The notes under the pieces are model-generated. The model had not been told where the DNA came from and did no database searches. It saw only the letters and a list, made by a program, of their open reading frames with translations. The translations under genes were made by a program, and so were the position numbers. A stretch of DNA of 64,000 nt from Amoebidium appalachense (taxonomy: Eukaryota > Protista > Ichthyosporea), in the NCBI GenBank assembly GCA_963693365.1, contig CAVNZM010000003.1:6142948-6206947 (forward strand), read 5' to 3'. Of this stretch, positions 1 to 14,652 are shown piece by piece; the stretch's first letter is position 1, and each line of letters starts with the position of its first letter.

Positions 1-149
1 CCAACGCAACAAAGTCTCCTCAAAGAACCCCCCCCCCCCCCCCCACAAAAAAAAAAAAAAAAAAAAAAAACACTTTAGTTGCATCCAACCCACATGAAAG
101 CCTTCTATCCCCTCCTGCCTTACTCCAACCAACCCACCTTGCAGAAAAA

Positions 150-186
<37 letters not shown>

Positions 187-189
187 TCC

Positions 190-220
<31 letters not shown>

Positions 221-272
221 AAAAAGAAAAGAAAAGAAAGAAAGAAAGAAAGAAAGAAAAAGGAGCACCCAC

Positions 273-1064
273 CTTAAGCACGTCCGGGTTAGCAGCAGCA
301 AACTCAGACCACTCTTCAATGGTGTAGTGCTTGTGGATTGCCGTGAACATCTGGTGCTATTTTTGGATTGCAACGTTAGTATAAGTATGGGCCCTTTCCC
401 CCCCACAGATAAATTGAAATAAAAATAAGAATAAAAAGGTAAATAAATAAATACAGTGCTAAACAATTAATCAGTGAAAATAACTGAAATAAATACTATG
501 ATAAATAACAAATGAAATCAAAAATATCATAACACGCACACACACGCATGCACTACACCCAGGAACATAAACCAGCTCATACAAGTGTTGGGCAAGCAAC
601 GTTTTTCGTGATGGATGAGGGGGCGCGAGAGAAAAATCATCATTCCTTTTCCCCCCTCTCCACCTCTTTTGTTGTGTGGTCACTTCTTACACTTCTTAAT
701 TTCCACGAGCGAAGGGGGGGAGGGGGGGGGGGGGGGGGGGGGGGAGTGTATCACTTTCTAAATTTCGGGAAGAGGGGGAAGGGGGGCTGGGTTCATGACT
801 CCTTTGCCAGGCCGGTACTGAGAGGTGGAGGGTGCCGATGGGGGGGGGGGGGGTCAAGGGGGGTTTATTACAATTTGTGTGTGTGTGTATGTGAGGGAGA
901 GGGGGGAAGGAGGTTTCTTGTCACCTTTACCAGAACGGTGGCCATGTGAAAGGCTGTCATACTCTTCTTACACTTAATTTCCGCAAGCGAGGGTTATAAA
1001 GCGAGCTGTTTACCACTTTCAAACGTTAAGGGGGTGGGTGGGTGGGTGGGTGGGGTGGGTGGGT

Positions 1065-1099
<35 letters not shown>

Positions 1100-1296
1100 C
1101 TTATTACCTTTGCCAGGGCGGTGGCCATGTGGAATGTGCCGACGGTGTCCATATTTGCAGCGATCACAGGCACCCCCGTGTAGGTGGCCTTGGAGTTGCG
1201 GAACACATATGTGCGCACTAGGTCCACCTTAAAAGAGGGAGAGTGTTAAGGTGGAATAATAACCCTGAACTAAAAACAGCCACCCTTTCACCGTCC

Positions 1297-1340
<44 letters not shown>

Positions 1341-2198
1341 GGGGCAAAAAAAAAGAAAATAATAATAATAATACATATTGCCTCCACGACCCACAAGCCG
1401 CTTATGCACAGACATCCACACACCTGCACAGAGAGACACAGGCACCACACACAACACCTACACCACACACGAGGTGTTGTGTGTGAAAATATCATGGGCA
1501 ACGGATCGTTGATGGGTAACCAACTGTAACAGAGAATCGACAAAAGATCTTCAAAATGAATTCTTGTCCAATAGAATGAGGCCAGTACTCTTCAGCCCAT
1601 CCCCCACAATCATGATAAAATCCAGCACGTTCCTTCCAACCAAATCGATAATAATGGCATTCGACGGATAACCTATGTGCTTCAACCTTTTCCCCCACCA
1701 TCCAACCACAACCGCTCCACCACATCTCATTTTCCCACCCCCATCTCAGATCCCAAACGAGAGAAGGAGAAGGCATATGTGCACGTGCATGCGCGACAAC
1801 ACGCAAAAATGCTTCCAGGTTGGGACGAGCAGACGCACCAACGCCGTCAGCGCAAAATGACTCAGGCAAATGCGACTGACAGACTGCGTGTGAAGTGCCT
1901 GGTTGATCCCATCCTCCCCCCATGCGGCAACGGCACACACACGCACACCAAAAATGTGCGCCCCCACAAACGCAGCACAGACATGTACACACACACATAG
2001 TTACACACACATAGCATACAAACAGGTGGACGCTTCAAGACTCACGAGCACACAAAAAAACGCACCCAACTAACGCACTCACACACATACACATGCACGC
2101 GCGCACACACACACCTCCGCCCGGCTTTTCAGCGTGCTGCGTTTGGGGCGGAAGAGCACATCCTTGAAGTCCAACTTAATATCTGCGTCCAGACGCAT
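273..2198 (-). CDS. GMPR: GMP reductase, 5' part (exons 2198-2115, 1227-1108, 356-273; continues beyond window start)
   Basis: Spliced translation [28 protein letters not shown]|[40 protein letters not shown]|[16 protein letters not shown] matches the GMPR/GuaC N-terminus. All junctions are GT-AG, phase 0. Confidence 0.95.
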
Positions 2199-2839
2199 GT
2201 TTGCGTTTCACACTTGGTGCTCGTATACTTTTCAAAGTGGGAACTGCTAAATCTGATGGGAAGATCCAACAAGAGAAACGAACGAAAAAACTCGTTCACT
2301 TGAAGATGAGGTGGGGTTAGGTATGCGTCCACCCACGCTGGAAGCCTTCAGGTTGAAAGGTTCGCTGGCCGCGGAAGCCGCGCTCAGTAGTCTCCGTTTG
2401 TGTGTCACAATGACGTAGCTGTAGTCTTCTTTGTATGACACAAATGTAGAGCAAAAAACAGCTGCTTTCCTATTCACAACATGCAAGGTAGTATGAATTG
2501 GCTTACCTTTGTAGACTATTGCTGACACTCTCACATTCCATGAGCCGTCTCACACGCTGATTGGTTATCGACCTATGTTGTCGTTGCCATATCAGGCTAT
2601 TTTTTATTGTTGGGATAAAGTAAGGCATGATAGTGCACCAGTAATAAAGAGCGAAGAAGGGAAAGCTTACATACTATCTACACGTCAGTTCAGAAAACCA
2701 TCTCTCTGCGACGGCAAGCCCTACACCAGTGCCCTAATATAGTAAATTCATTATTTATTCATTTATTAGATAATTAGTCATCAACATAATAAAATGATGC
2801 ACCTTCAAGGCATGCAAAGCTCCGAGACGTGACACCAGG

Positions 2840-3075
2840 CTCAGTGACGTCATACTTACCAATCCTCTACGTCGTTTGATTGGCTGTCATAAGAATGCGC
2901 GGGAAATTTTTAATCGCACTCCGCTTGGCACCAAGCTCTCTTGGCACCCAGCGAGCCTGTGCACGCAAAGATTCGAGTTGTTGGGGCGTGCGCATGCATA
3001 TAAACTATGTTATACCCGACAGTTTTTTATGTTGACGGGAGTAGACGGGAGTGAACGGGAGTGAACGGGAACTAG
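2840..3075. promoter_or_regulatory. Putative bidirectional promoter between GMPR and alpha-galactosidase
   Basis: Genes are head-to-head about 1 kb apart. TGACGTCA (CRE-like) at 2845, CCAAT/ATTGG boxes at 2859 and 2879, E2F-like GCGCGGGAAA at 2897, and a 10-bp ACGGGAGTGA-type tandem at ~3034-3070. Motif matches only. Confidence 0.45.
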
Positions 3076-3239
3076 TTTGTAGTTAGGGTTGCTTAAGGGT
3101 ATCTTTATGTTGTTGACCTTTTTGGCACATCTGCCTTTCTATCGTAGACTCGTTCCACTTCGTTTACTCTCAAGTCATTATAGCTCAAGCCCTCCGTCTT
3201 CATTCTTCATTCGCTGTAGTTCCCAAAGAATAGGCATAA

Positions 3240-3664
3240 ATGAAAACCAAAAGGTGCTGCGTTGCATTCGTGCTAAGTGCCGGGCTTGCCTCTGCTCTGG
3301 ACAATGGAGTGGCCTTAACTCCACCCATGGGCTGGAACTCTTGGAACCACTTTAACGTATGTCGAGACCTCGTTCCCTTTCACTAAACCTTGTTGATGTG
3401 TACGGGTGTGCCGAGTATGCCGAGTATTTGATATATGGGTGTGTGCGTGTGCTATGCGGGTATGGCTATCTCATGTGCGTGTGCTTGTATGTGCCTGGCC
3501 TGTGTGCATAACTAGGTTGGTCTTGTCGGGGATTGCATTGGTTGTGTGTGGGTGACTGTGTGTTCTGTATCTTTCACCTGTGTTGGATGTGTGCGTGTGT
3601 TCTGCGGATATTATCTAAACCTAGTGCGTGCGATTGTGTGCTTTTGTGTGCTTTTGTGTGCTCT

Positions 3665-3733
<69 letters not shown>

Positions 3734-4525
3734 CGTGTGTGTGTGTGGGTATGTGTGTGTGTTTGTGTGTGTGTGTGCGTGTGTGCGTGTAGTGTGCATG
3801 CCTGTGTCTGTGTTTACCTTTGCTGTTGCGACTGCCACCTACGGACGTAGTATGTGGCATCCTGATATTAAAGCTGAAACCCCCCCCCCCCCCCCCCCCC
3901 CCCATCCCCCCCCCTTATCAATAGCCACACACACGGTCGCAAAGCTCTGCTACAGGCCTGACATCAGCACTGTACCTACATTGTTTGTGTAGGGCACGGG
4001 TAGTCATCTTTTTGATACACAGCAAACACCATAGAACTCCATTTTACTTACTTGCTTTCCCCACCCCTCCCCACCCACCCACCCACCCCCCCCCCCCCCC
4101 CCCCCCCCCCACCCCCCTTGTCCCCACGGGGCATCACTACACACGCACAGTGCGACAAACTGAATGAAACGGTCATCCGAGAAACCGCTCTGGCGATGAT
4201 CGCCAATGGCATGCGTGATGCTGGCTACGTGTATGTGAACATGGATGACTGCTGGGAGGCGTGTGATGAGAGGGAGCCCATCACTGGCGACTGTCTGAAG
4301 AATGTGGGGAGGGGGGAGGATGGGAAACTCAGATGGGACCCGATCAAGTTCCCATCGGGGCTTAAGGCTCTGGGGGACTTTTTGCACGAAAACGGATTCA
4401 AATTCGGTGAGTGGCGGGTGAGAAATGGGATGGGAATGGCGCAAAAGGTGTTGGTGGGTGTGGAGGGGAGGGGGGGGGGAGGGAGCGGGGGAGGTTGCAT
4501 GTGGCTGATGGTAGCCCATTAGAGT

Positions 4526-4556
<31 letters not shown>

Positions 4557-4789
4557 GGGGGGTTTGGAGTAGAAAAGCAAAAATGTGAAAGATTATGACA
4601 CACTGGTGTTTGTGTGTGTGTGTTTTGTGTGAGGTGCTGCCGAAGTTTCGGGGTTTTTTCTCTCTTTCTTTTTTTTTTTTTTTTTTTTTTTTTGGGTGGG
4701 TGGGGATGGGGGGGGAGGGGGGGGGGGGGGAGGAAGGCAGATTTCTTCTTTACTTGAGCGGAGCATGTTTGGTAACCATGGTCGAATAT

Positions 4790-4868
<79 letters not shown>

Positions 4869-5021
4869 CATTACACTCACCCACACACACATACCCCCTC
4901 TCCCCCCCCCTCCCCCCCCCCCCACACAAACACAAACACACCCCTTATCCCCCCCCCCCCCCCACACACACACACACACACAACCCCCTCCCCCTTTCCC
5001 TTATTCCCCCTCCCCCATCCC

Positions 5022-5052
<31 letters not shown>

Positions 5053-6104
5053 ACACACCACAACCTGTCCCGCTCCTTCCCCAACCCCCCCCCCCAAACA
5101 CACGCACACACTCTCTTATTCCCCGCCCCTCTCCCCCCTCCCCCCTCCCCCCTCCCCCCCCCCACACACACACAACCTGTCCCACTCCTCCCCCTCCCCC
5201 GCCTTTCTCCCTCCCCGCACCCCCCCCCCCCCCCCCCCCATCTCTCCCTCCCACACACACACATACAGGCATCTACACGTCCTCTGGCCCTCTCACCTGC
5301 TCCCGCTATGAGGGTAGCTGGCAGCATGAGTTTGAAGATGCCGCCACCTTTGCAGAGTGGGGGGTGGACTTTGTTAAGGTGGACTGCTGTGCAACTACGC
5401 CAGAAATGGCAATGGTATGTCGCGGTGTTTGTTTTAAACAAAAATCATCCCCCCCCCCCCCCCCCCCCCCTCCCCACTCCTCCAGCGTCTCATTTATTGC
5501 ATGTTGGGTTTCTAACCACGGTAGTGTGTATGTCCTTGAGCGCTTGGTTCTTTTGCAGCGAAATTCTTCCCTTTTTTTCCCTTTCTCTTCTTTAGGGGAG
5601 GGGGAGGGGGGGGGGGGGGTCTAGAGTGGGTCTTGCTTTCTGCTCTCCGGTTTTTATTTGGGTGTGGCAAGGAGAGAAAACTGGAATGATACAGGGGGTT
5701 TTTTTTATTACAGGAATTTACCCGGTTTGAATGGAACTCCCCCCCCTCCCCCCCCCCCCCCCCCCGGCCCCCCTCCCCCCCTCTATATACACACGCAATA
5801 CACCCGCGCGCACACACACAATCACCATTTCACCTACCTCTTCTTTCTCCCCCCCCGTCCTGCCCACTCCTGCCGACCTTTTCACTGTGCCCTTCCCCCA
5901 CCTTTCCATTCCCCCCCCCCCCCACCCCCCCCCCCCCCCGCACCCCTTCTCTCAAGCCTACCTTACCGGAAACACTCATTCCCACATCCCGCATTCCCAC
6001 ATCCACATACACGTGTGCGCGCACATGCATATCCCTCCCCCCCCCCCCTGCCCCCCTCCCCCCTCTCCCCCGGCCCCCCCCCACCCATCCATCCACGCAC
6101 CCCA

Positions 6105-6143
<39 letters not shown>

Positions 6144-6452
6144 CCCAACATTGCCCCCACCCTCCCCCCCGCCCCTGCGTCCCCGTTCTCGCCCACCCAC
6201 CCTCCACCCTCCACCTCCCCCCTTTCCTCCCCCCCCCCTCAACACACACAAATGCACGTACAGGTTGCCTATCCACGTTGGCGTGATGCCATTCTGGCCA
6301 GTGGCCGGCCCATGGTCTATTCCTGCGATACAGATGAACTCTTCGACAACCCATTCAGTGCTATGAGATCGGGGCATAAACCTTGGACGTGGGCTCCACA
6401 GGCTTGCAACATGTGGAGATCGGGTATGTGTGGGTGTTTGTTTGTTTTTTTT

Positions 6453-6511
<59 letters not shown>

Positions 6512-6681
6512 GGGGAGGAGGGGGTGGAGGGTGTTGGGGGGGGAGGGGGGGAGGGGGAGGGGGGGGGGGGGGGGGGGGGGGGGGGATGTGTGGGTGGGGG
6601 TGTGAGTGGGTGGGTGGGTGGGTGGGGGTGGAGTGAGGGGAGGAAGGTGGGGGGGGGGGGAGGGGGGGGGGGAGGGGGGAA

Positions 6682-6715
<34 letters not shown>

Positions 6716-7063
6716 ACACGGTTGTGTGGATGGGTGTGTGTGTGTTTTTTGGGGGGAGGGGGGGGGAGGAGTGGAGGTGGTGTGTGTGTGTGGGGGGGGG
6801 GGGGGGGGGGGGTTGTTAGTGTGTAAGTGTGGGGGTAGGCGGGTCGACGTGTGTGTGGGTGGGTGGATGGGTAGATGTGGGTTGGTGGGTGGATGGGTAG
6901 ATGTGTGTGGGTGCAGGTTCATGGCTTCAGCCCAACTTTCCCTCCTGCCTTGAGCTGACAATTCATGCATACACTGCCATGCACACACCCACTCTCGCCA
7001 CTCATTCACTCATTCACACACACACACATACACATGCACACACACACACACACACACACACAT

Positions 7064-7122
<59 letters not shown>

Positions 7123-7241
7123 CACATGCATACACACCCACACATGCACACAGGGAGAAAGAGAACTCACCACGCACCCATACACATAATAGGCACATAA
7201 TTGGAAATACCCAGTTCCAACAAACTTATCCCTCCCCCCCC

Positions 7242-7313
<72 letters not shown>

Positions 7314-8434
7314 AGGCCCCGACATCAAGCCCTTCTGGTGGAAGATCTACCTCAACGCAGAGCTCAATTTTGATTGGTGGCCCGTAATCGGCAGAGATCT
7401 GACCCAGTATTCGGGCCCCGGGTCATGGGCCGACCCGGATATCATGGAGGTGGGAAATGGGCAACTGACTTTGACCCAATGGCGTACGCACTTTATGATG
7501 TGGTGCATTATGGGGGCACCACTATTGGCTGGGTGTGACGTCAGAGTGATGACGAATGAGGTGCGGGAAATACTGGCGGCCCCAGAGTTGATTGCCGTCA
7601 ACCAGGACTCGTTGGCAAAGCCGGGTATGTGTGTGTGTACGTGTGTGTGTGTGCATGTGTGTGTGTGTGTGTACGTGTGTGTGTGCATGTATGTGTGTGT
7701 GTGTACGTGTGTGTGTGTGCATGTGTGTGTGTGTGTACGTGTGTGTGCATGTGTGTGTGTGTGTACGTGTGTGTGTGCATGTGTGTGTGTGTGTGTACGT
7801 GTGTGTGTGTGCATGTGTGTGTGTGTGTGTACGCGTGTGTGTGTGTGTACGTGTGTGTGTGCATGTGTGTGTGCGTGTGTACGGGTGTGTGTGTGCATGT
7901 GTGTGTGTGTGTACGTGTGTGTGTGTGCATGTGTGTGTGTACGTGTGTGTGTGCATGTGTGTTTGTGTGTGTACGTGTGTGTGTGTGCATGTGTGTTTGT
8001 GTGTGTACGTGTGTGTGTACGCATGTGTAGGTGCAATGGGTGTGTGTATGTAATCCATTGTCATGACCACAACACCCACTAGCTGACAATTACCCAATCA
8101 TTATTCAGGATACCGCGTGAGCGTGGGCCGAATCTCCGGATTGGAGGTTTGGGCAAAGAGACTGGCCAATGGCGACGTGGCAGTCTTGCTTTTAAACCGC
8201 GGTTTATTGGCTTTTAATGGACCAATCACCGTTCAGTTCACTGACATTGGATTTAAAAACGACGATCTATTGGCTGTAAGGGATTTATGGGAGCGCAAGT
8301 TGGTGGGTGAGTTTAAGGGGTCATATACGGCACGAAATATTCCCTCTTATGGTGCACAGATGATTAGGGTGACGCGGGTGGGTGGGGGGAGGGGTGTGAG
8401 GGGGTGTGTGTGGACAAAGCGATGGAGGGGGTGA
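3240..8434 (+). CDS. Alpha-galactosidase / alpha-N-acetylgalactosaminidase, glycoside hydrolase family 27 (exons 3240-3356, 4151-4406, 5269-5414, 6264-6423, 7316-7624, 8109-8434; ~437 aa)
   Basis: Signal-peptide-like start followed by LDNGVALTPPMGWNSWN, YVNMDDCW, FPSGLKALGDFLH, EWGVDFVKVD (nucleophile Asp), NMWRSGPDI, GSWADPDIMEVGN, APLLAGCD, LIAVNQDSL. Exon phases join into one ORF. Confidence 0.95.
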
Positions 8435-8683
8435 TGAGTGGGGTGGGGGTGGGACCGGCAGGTGGGGTGGGTGGGGTTGGTGGGGGTAGCGCTATGTAGA
8501 CTATTTTTTATATATTTTATTTCATTTATTTATTTATTTATTTATTTTTTGGGGGGGGGGCGGGGTTACATTTTTCTTTCTTTTCTTTTCGTTTCTTTCT
8601 TTCTTTTTTTCTCTGCCTGCTTTTCTTCCTTTCTTCAACCGGACCCTTTTTTTCATGTGTTGGGGGTAAGGGGGAGAGGGGTT

Positions 8684-8726
<43 letters not shown>

Positions 8727-9584
8727 CTCGAGAGCAAAACCGTTAGACACAGGTATCGAAAACCTAAAAATATGCTGATGATTGGCATTTATTATTTAAC
8801 GTTAGTGTAAAGCAAAAGTCAAATGATAAGTGAAAGTGATTCACTGCCGCTACTGAGTGGCAGTCAAGTGTGTAAACATATCCCATAAAAGGGTTATTGG
8901 TATTATTCTGTCAATAAAAAATGATGTTTAACCTAAAGGTAAGGTTAAGGTAAGGTTAAGGCCATGTGCATGGTGGGTGTGTGGGTACGTGTGTGTATGC
9001 GTGTGTGTGTGCGCGCGCGTGGGTGTGGGCGTAGAAGTGTGTGCGCATTTGTGCATTTGTGTGTGGCTTTAGGTGCATGTACACGATTGTGCGATTTTCA
9101 GCTTGCTGTTCGAATAGAGCAAGCAGGTACAGCAAGGCAAGGGTGATACATAAGAGGCCTCTATGTGTGCATGTGTTTGTGCGTGGTGTGTATGTGTGTG
9201 CACGCGCGCGCATGTGCGTGCGTGTGTACATGTGCTTGCACCCGCGTGTGTGTGTTTATGTGTGTACGTATACACACGTGTTTTCTGTTTCAATACCAAT
9301 TGAAGGGAAAGCACGGTGCTATCTTCAATTATGTTGTAACTGACTGGTTTTACTCACTATCCTCACAAGCATCGAACTAGTCCCTAAATTATGCACATAG
9401 AAAACAAATATTCATAGTTAGTTATAGTTTTATCTTGTGGCTTTACGACATACACATCACAGAGCGGCTAACCATAACCACAACAAATCTATTTCATGCA
9501 TTTCAAAATGCCCTAATTTGCCGAAAGCAGATTTAATCAATGGTGCTTGCTCGGGGCAAAAACAAACTCTCTAATTAGGTCAAA

Positions 9585-10035
9585 TTATTGGGGTTGTGAT
9601 TGGCTCTCGCCTAGCAACGGTGTCGTTTCGCCGTTGGTCGCCGGAGGGTTGATGTAGAGTGGTGCAAGAGGATTGGTCGGGTGGGGGTTTAGGGGGACGG
9701 CCCAACTAGCCAATGAACTGTGAGCGTGTTTAAAATGCACCAATAGGGTGTCGGTTAAAGCAACGACACAGAAAAAGTCCTCAAGTGATTCGTCGCTGAT
9801 GTCTGGATAGTCTTCAATGTCTGTTTCCTTCACCTGTGTGTGTGTGCGTGGTTGGGGGGGGGGGGGGGGGGGGGGGGCATGGGTGTATGTGTGTGTGTGT
9901 GTGTACGTGTACGTCAGTGTGTGTGTGTGTGTACGTGTACGTCAGTGTGCGTGTGTGAGTGCGCGTGTGTATGTGCATGTGTGTGTGCGTGTGTGTATGT
10001 GTACACGGACGTGTAATCTCTCGTGATCGGAAAAA

Positions 10036-10091
<56 letters not shown>

Positions 10092-10473
10092 GGGGGGAAG
10101 GGGGAAGGGGATACATGAATTTATTAAGGAGGGAAAGACAACAGTCACGATTGAAGCGGCACTCTTTTAACTCCAAGCTAACCACCCCCCCACCCCCCCC
10201 CTCTCCCCCCCCCCTCCCCATCTCCCCCCCACCATCCTCCTTTTTTCGTTGCTTTGTGGTTCCCTGTTTTGCCCGTTTACACACCGCCACCTACCACCCA
10301 CCCAATCACCACCCACCCAATCATCACCCACCCAATCACCACCCACCCAATCACCACCCACCCAATCATCACCCACCAAATAATATCTGATTTCTAGAAC
10401 TCCCTGCCTGCGTACCACTTCCATTTTTTTCAACCTTAGCAAACCCCAACCCACACTCACACAACCTAAAGAA

Positions 10474-10510
<37 letters not shown>

Positions 10511-11584
10511 AGAGGGGGGGGGGGGGGGGAAGGGGGGGGGGGGGGGTTGTTGTGATCAAATGCGTGGAGAGGGAGGGAGAGGGGGGGGGGGGGGGGGGGT
10601 TTCGGAAACAGCAAATCGTTTGAGGGTAGGCAAATACTTTCCTTAAGTTCGTCTGAATAATGAATTTGGAAGAACACATACAATTGTCTTTTCCCTCGCC
10701 TCCCTTGCCAGTAATTCATTTGGATAAAACGCATAACATACCGATGTTTCTCCCCGTTAAATCTTTCATAAAACACATATTTATGACTTTAGACAAATAG
10801 GGCCAATATACGATGAAAATGTACACCCATTCAAGGTACACAGATCCGACGAATTTATTGGTTCAAAAAAACAAAAGATCCAGTCGTGACGTAAGCAATG
10901 AAGGTGATTGGTTCCCAAAATCGGCATTCCGAGCAGTCGGCGACTCGTTCGTGTACATTTTGTGCATGCCTTTGAGATGCAGCACATGAGCAAGCTATTA
11001 AAACTTGACGAGTCTACAAAAAGCTTTTGGTATCGCTTCTACTTACAGATTTAATAAAATGTATTTATAATTTCTAGATTGGTGTGATAAAATTGCACTT
11101 CTGTCGACACCACAATCTGCCGACCACCGGCTTGTGTGAAACCCTTCATTCACATACCGGCAACGGTAAACATATGATATGCAACCAGTGACTGTGAAAA
11201 TCGTGGTGTACCTTATATGGGTGAGTTCTTGCCACTATTTGCTTTTCATATTTTCGTTTGCATATTAGCGCAAAAGTTCTGTTTTTACTCGCTATATCGA
11301 AGATTTACATTGTATACTTGGTTCGTTAAAAAGAAAGAACACGTTTATCTCCACTGGGGGCTGAGATATTGCATAGATCGAGTGCTTCTACCTTGGATGG
11401 GTGAGATACCCTACATCTGGGGAACCACATACCGATGTCTTTTTCCTCAAGTCCTTTATTCCACTCTCCAGCTCACCTACACACTTGTAGAGATCTCGCA
11501 GGGGGGCATTGGGGGGGTCGGTTCCCTCGAAAGAGTCAACAATGCGGCCAAGACAGAGAAGACTGGCCCGGATAGACTCCGTGA

Positions 11585-11664
<80 letters not shown>

Positions 11665-11679
11665 CGCGCCAGCGTGCGG

Positions 11680-11767
<88 letters not shown>

Positions 11768-11904
11768 GTAGTGGGTGGGTGGGTGGGTCGAATCGTTTGT
11801 GTGTGTTGGGGGGTGGGGGGTGGGGGGGAAGGGGGGGGGAGTGTGTGCGCTTGTCATGTACTACAGGTGGGTCGTGAGGGGAGGGGGGGAGGAAGGGAGG
11901 GGGG

Positions 11905-11936
<32 letters not shown>

Positions 11937-12269
11937 ATGCATTACAGAGTGCGCAATACACACTCACGACGGACAACATAATGCAGATTCTGCAAAGCAC
12001 AGACAAAGAACATGCATCATATGAAGCTGTGTGTGGTGCCAACATTGTGTATGGTGTGTAAGTACCAAGGGTGGTGGTGGGACACTGATTAATTTAATAA
12101 TTTAGGGGAAAAAATGCACTTCCTTGATGATTTTCGATACCAAACACATTTATCGCACTTAGAGCTCACACCCGCACATGGCATATTATGCTCCCGTGCA
12201 GAAAAAGGACCAGAACGAACTCGGGCATAATCCTCCACGGGGGAGGGGAAGGGGGAGGGGAGGGCGGGT

Positions 12270-12301
<32 letters not shown>

Positions 12302-12751
12302 ATCTAAACCTACCTGGACCAACTCATCCTGAAATTTCGCACAAACAGTATTTGCCGTGGTGAAATCCAACGTAGGAACAGTCATAAAACCAAGAGACCC
12401 CCTATTGCTCAGCCGGGAATTCAAAGAGTGTCCGCCAATTGAATGGCGCGCACCGAGTGAGGCGGCGTGGTTCAAACCCAGTCGAGGGTTCCTTTGGATT
12501 GGCTCGTCCAGGCACAGGTAGTACATCGTGCACAGGGTGAAGAATATTCGCTGGCTGAACAGGAGCGTGTCTTCGTATACACCGGCTAGATCCTTGTCTT
12601 TGCCTGTTAAGGGGGGTGGGGGGCGGGGGGAGGTGGGGGGGGGGGGGGGGGGGGGGGAGGTGGGGTTAGAGGGTGGCAAATATAGTAGAAAGACGATGAA
12701 AAAGCACAAGATAAAACGTTAAAGACGAAAATAGGCCTATAGAGGGAGGAG

Positions 12752-12785
<34 letters not shown>

Positions 12786-13648
12786 GGGGGGGATGGAGGG
12801 GTAGAACCTGTCTTTTGTCTTTGCGAGAAATACAAGTTTGAAGGTAATCCAAATCATAACTGACCCCAAAATTGCGAAGAGTTAGAAGTCACATGCACCT
12901 AAGCTCAGGTACTAGATACCTGCTACAGCCAGCAACTACACCACAAACGCACAAAATAATCGGCAGAAATGCCCATAACCTCTTACATCTTTAGTCACTT
13001 AGTGAAACTAAACCACTTCCCATCAAGCTAGAAAATTAAAATTTTGTAAGATGTCAGAGATTGGGTCGGCGTCCTCTGATCCATGCATCGACTGGTTCAA
13101 TAAAATCTATACTATGGTTAACTTAACCATTAGACACACCTATGTTGAGGTATTTATACTCCTCGACTGCATAAGCCAATAGCGGCTTCTAACATTTAGT
13201 GTCCTTTAACATTTGGAAATTTAAAATCACACGCACCTAATCTATGCTAAGGTATTTGTACTACTCCACTGCCTTAGCTGATAGCGAGTCCTAACATTTA
13301 GTGTCTTTTTACAGTCAATTTTTTTTAAATCACACATACCTATGTTGAGGTATTTGTACTCCTCCACGGCATTGGCCAATAGGGTCTTCTGCTCCTCCAA
13401 TCCTGCCCTCACCGCCCCCATCTTGCCAAGCATGGCCTCCCGCCCAGCCTTATCCAGCCTAATAGGAGGAAGATGGCATAATAAGAAATCTATCTAAATT
13501 TAATCTAAGATTATAAGGATGTATCTAAGTTAAAAAATAAGATTATAACCAGAGAGGTGAGGGCAGAACCATGTGGAGTTTCAACAGCAGCCACAAACTG
13601 CATGCTTGTACGGAGCGTAAAAGTAGTGCTTAGGGGGATTCAATTTGG

Positions 13649-13679
<31 letters not shown>

Positions 13680-14404
13680 CGTTGAGAAAGGGGAAAAGCG
13701 GGATGAGGAGGGAAGGGGGTGACGAGTAGGAGGAAAGGGCATCATTTGGAGAGCAAGAGAAAGAGGTGGAGGGGTTAGAGGTGGGTCGAAGGGTGGAACG
13801 GTAGAAGTGAGTGTGTGTGTGGGTGTGTGTGCCGGGTGAGGGGGGAGGTGGGGGGGAAGTAGTGTGTGTGTGTTGGGGGGGGGGGGGGGGAAGGAGGGGG
13901 GGGGGGGGGGGGAATAGAACGGAGGGAGACTTGGGGGGGGGGGGGGGGGGGGGGGAGAGGGGGGACATGGGAACGAAGCCTTCTAGGTGGATATGTTGTG
14001 CAGTCGCGCATGCATGCGTGTAAGGAAGGGAAGGAGGTGAGTGAGTGGGCAGATGAATAACAGCCCCCCCCCCCCCCTTTCCCCTCCTCCTTGCCTCCCC
14101 CCCACCCTTTCCCCACCCCCCCACCGAATATGCATACACCACACTGAGTTATAACCCGAACACCACCTACCCTCAATACACACAGACAAATACATCCCAC
14201 CACCCATCCCCCTCCCCTCCCCCCCCTCACGCCCTTCCCCCCGCGCCCCGCCCCACCAAACCATCCTCCCCCTCAACACACACACTACCCCCCCCCCCCC
14301 CCCCCCCCCCCCCCCGCCCCCTCCCCTCTGATTATCATGCATACCCTGTGTGGTTTGCACTCTGCATTGCGTTGTCTGTTGTGTTAAAGGGTGGAAGTGA
14401 GTGT

Positions 14405-14453
<49 letters not shown>

Positions 14454-14616
14454 TTCAACATACCCGATACGATAAAGATCGATGAGGCCAGTAACTACAT
14501 CTGCCATGGCTGAGAGCATGTTGTGGACTGAAAGGTGAAGCTGGGTGGAGGCACGGTTGGGGAAAACGAGCAAAGATACAAGCCACCTGGGGGTATGTGC
14601 GTGTGTGTGAGCGGGG

Positions 14617-14652
<36 letters not shown>

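Noticed and set aside
8930-8962. Telomere-like AAGGTTAAGGT repeat
   Set aside because: Only 3-4 irregular copies, internal position, not TTAGGG.
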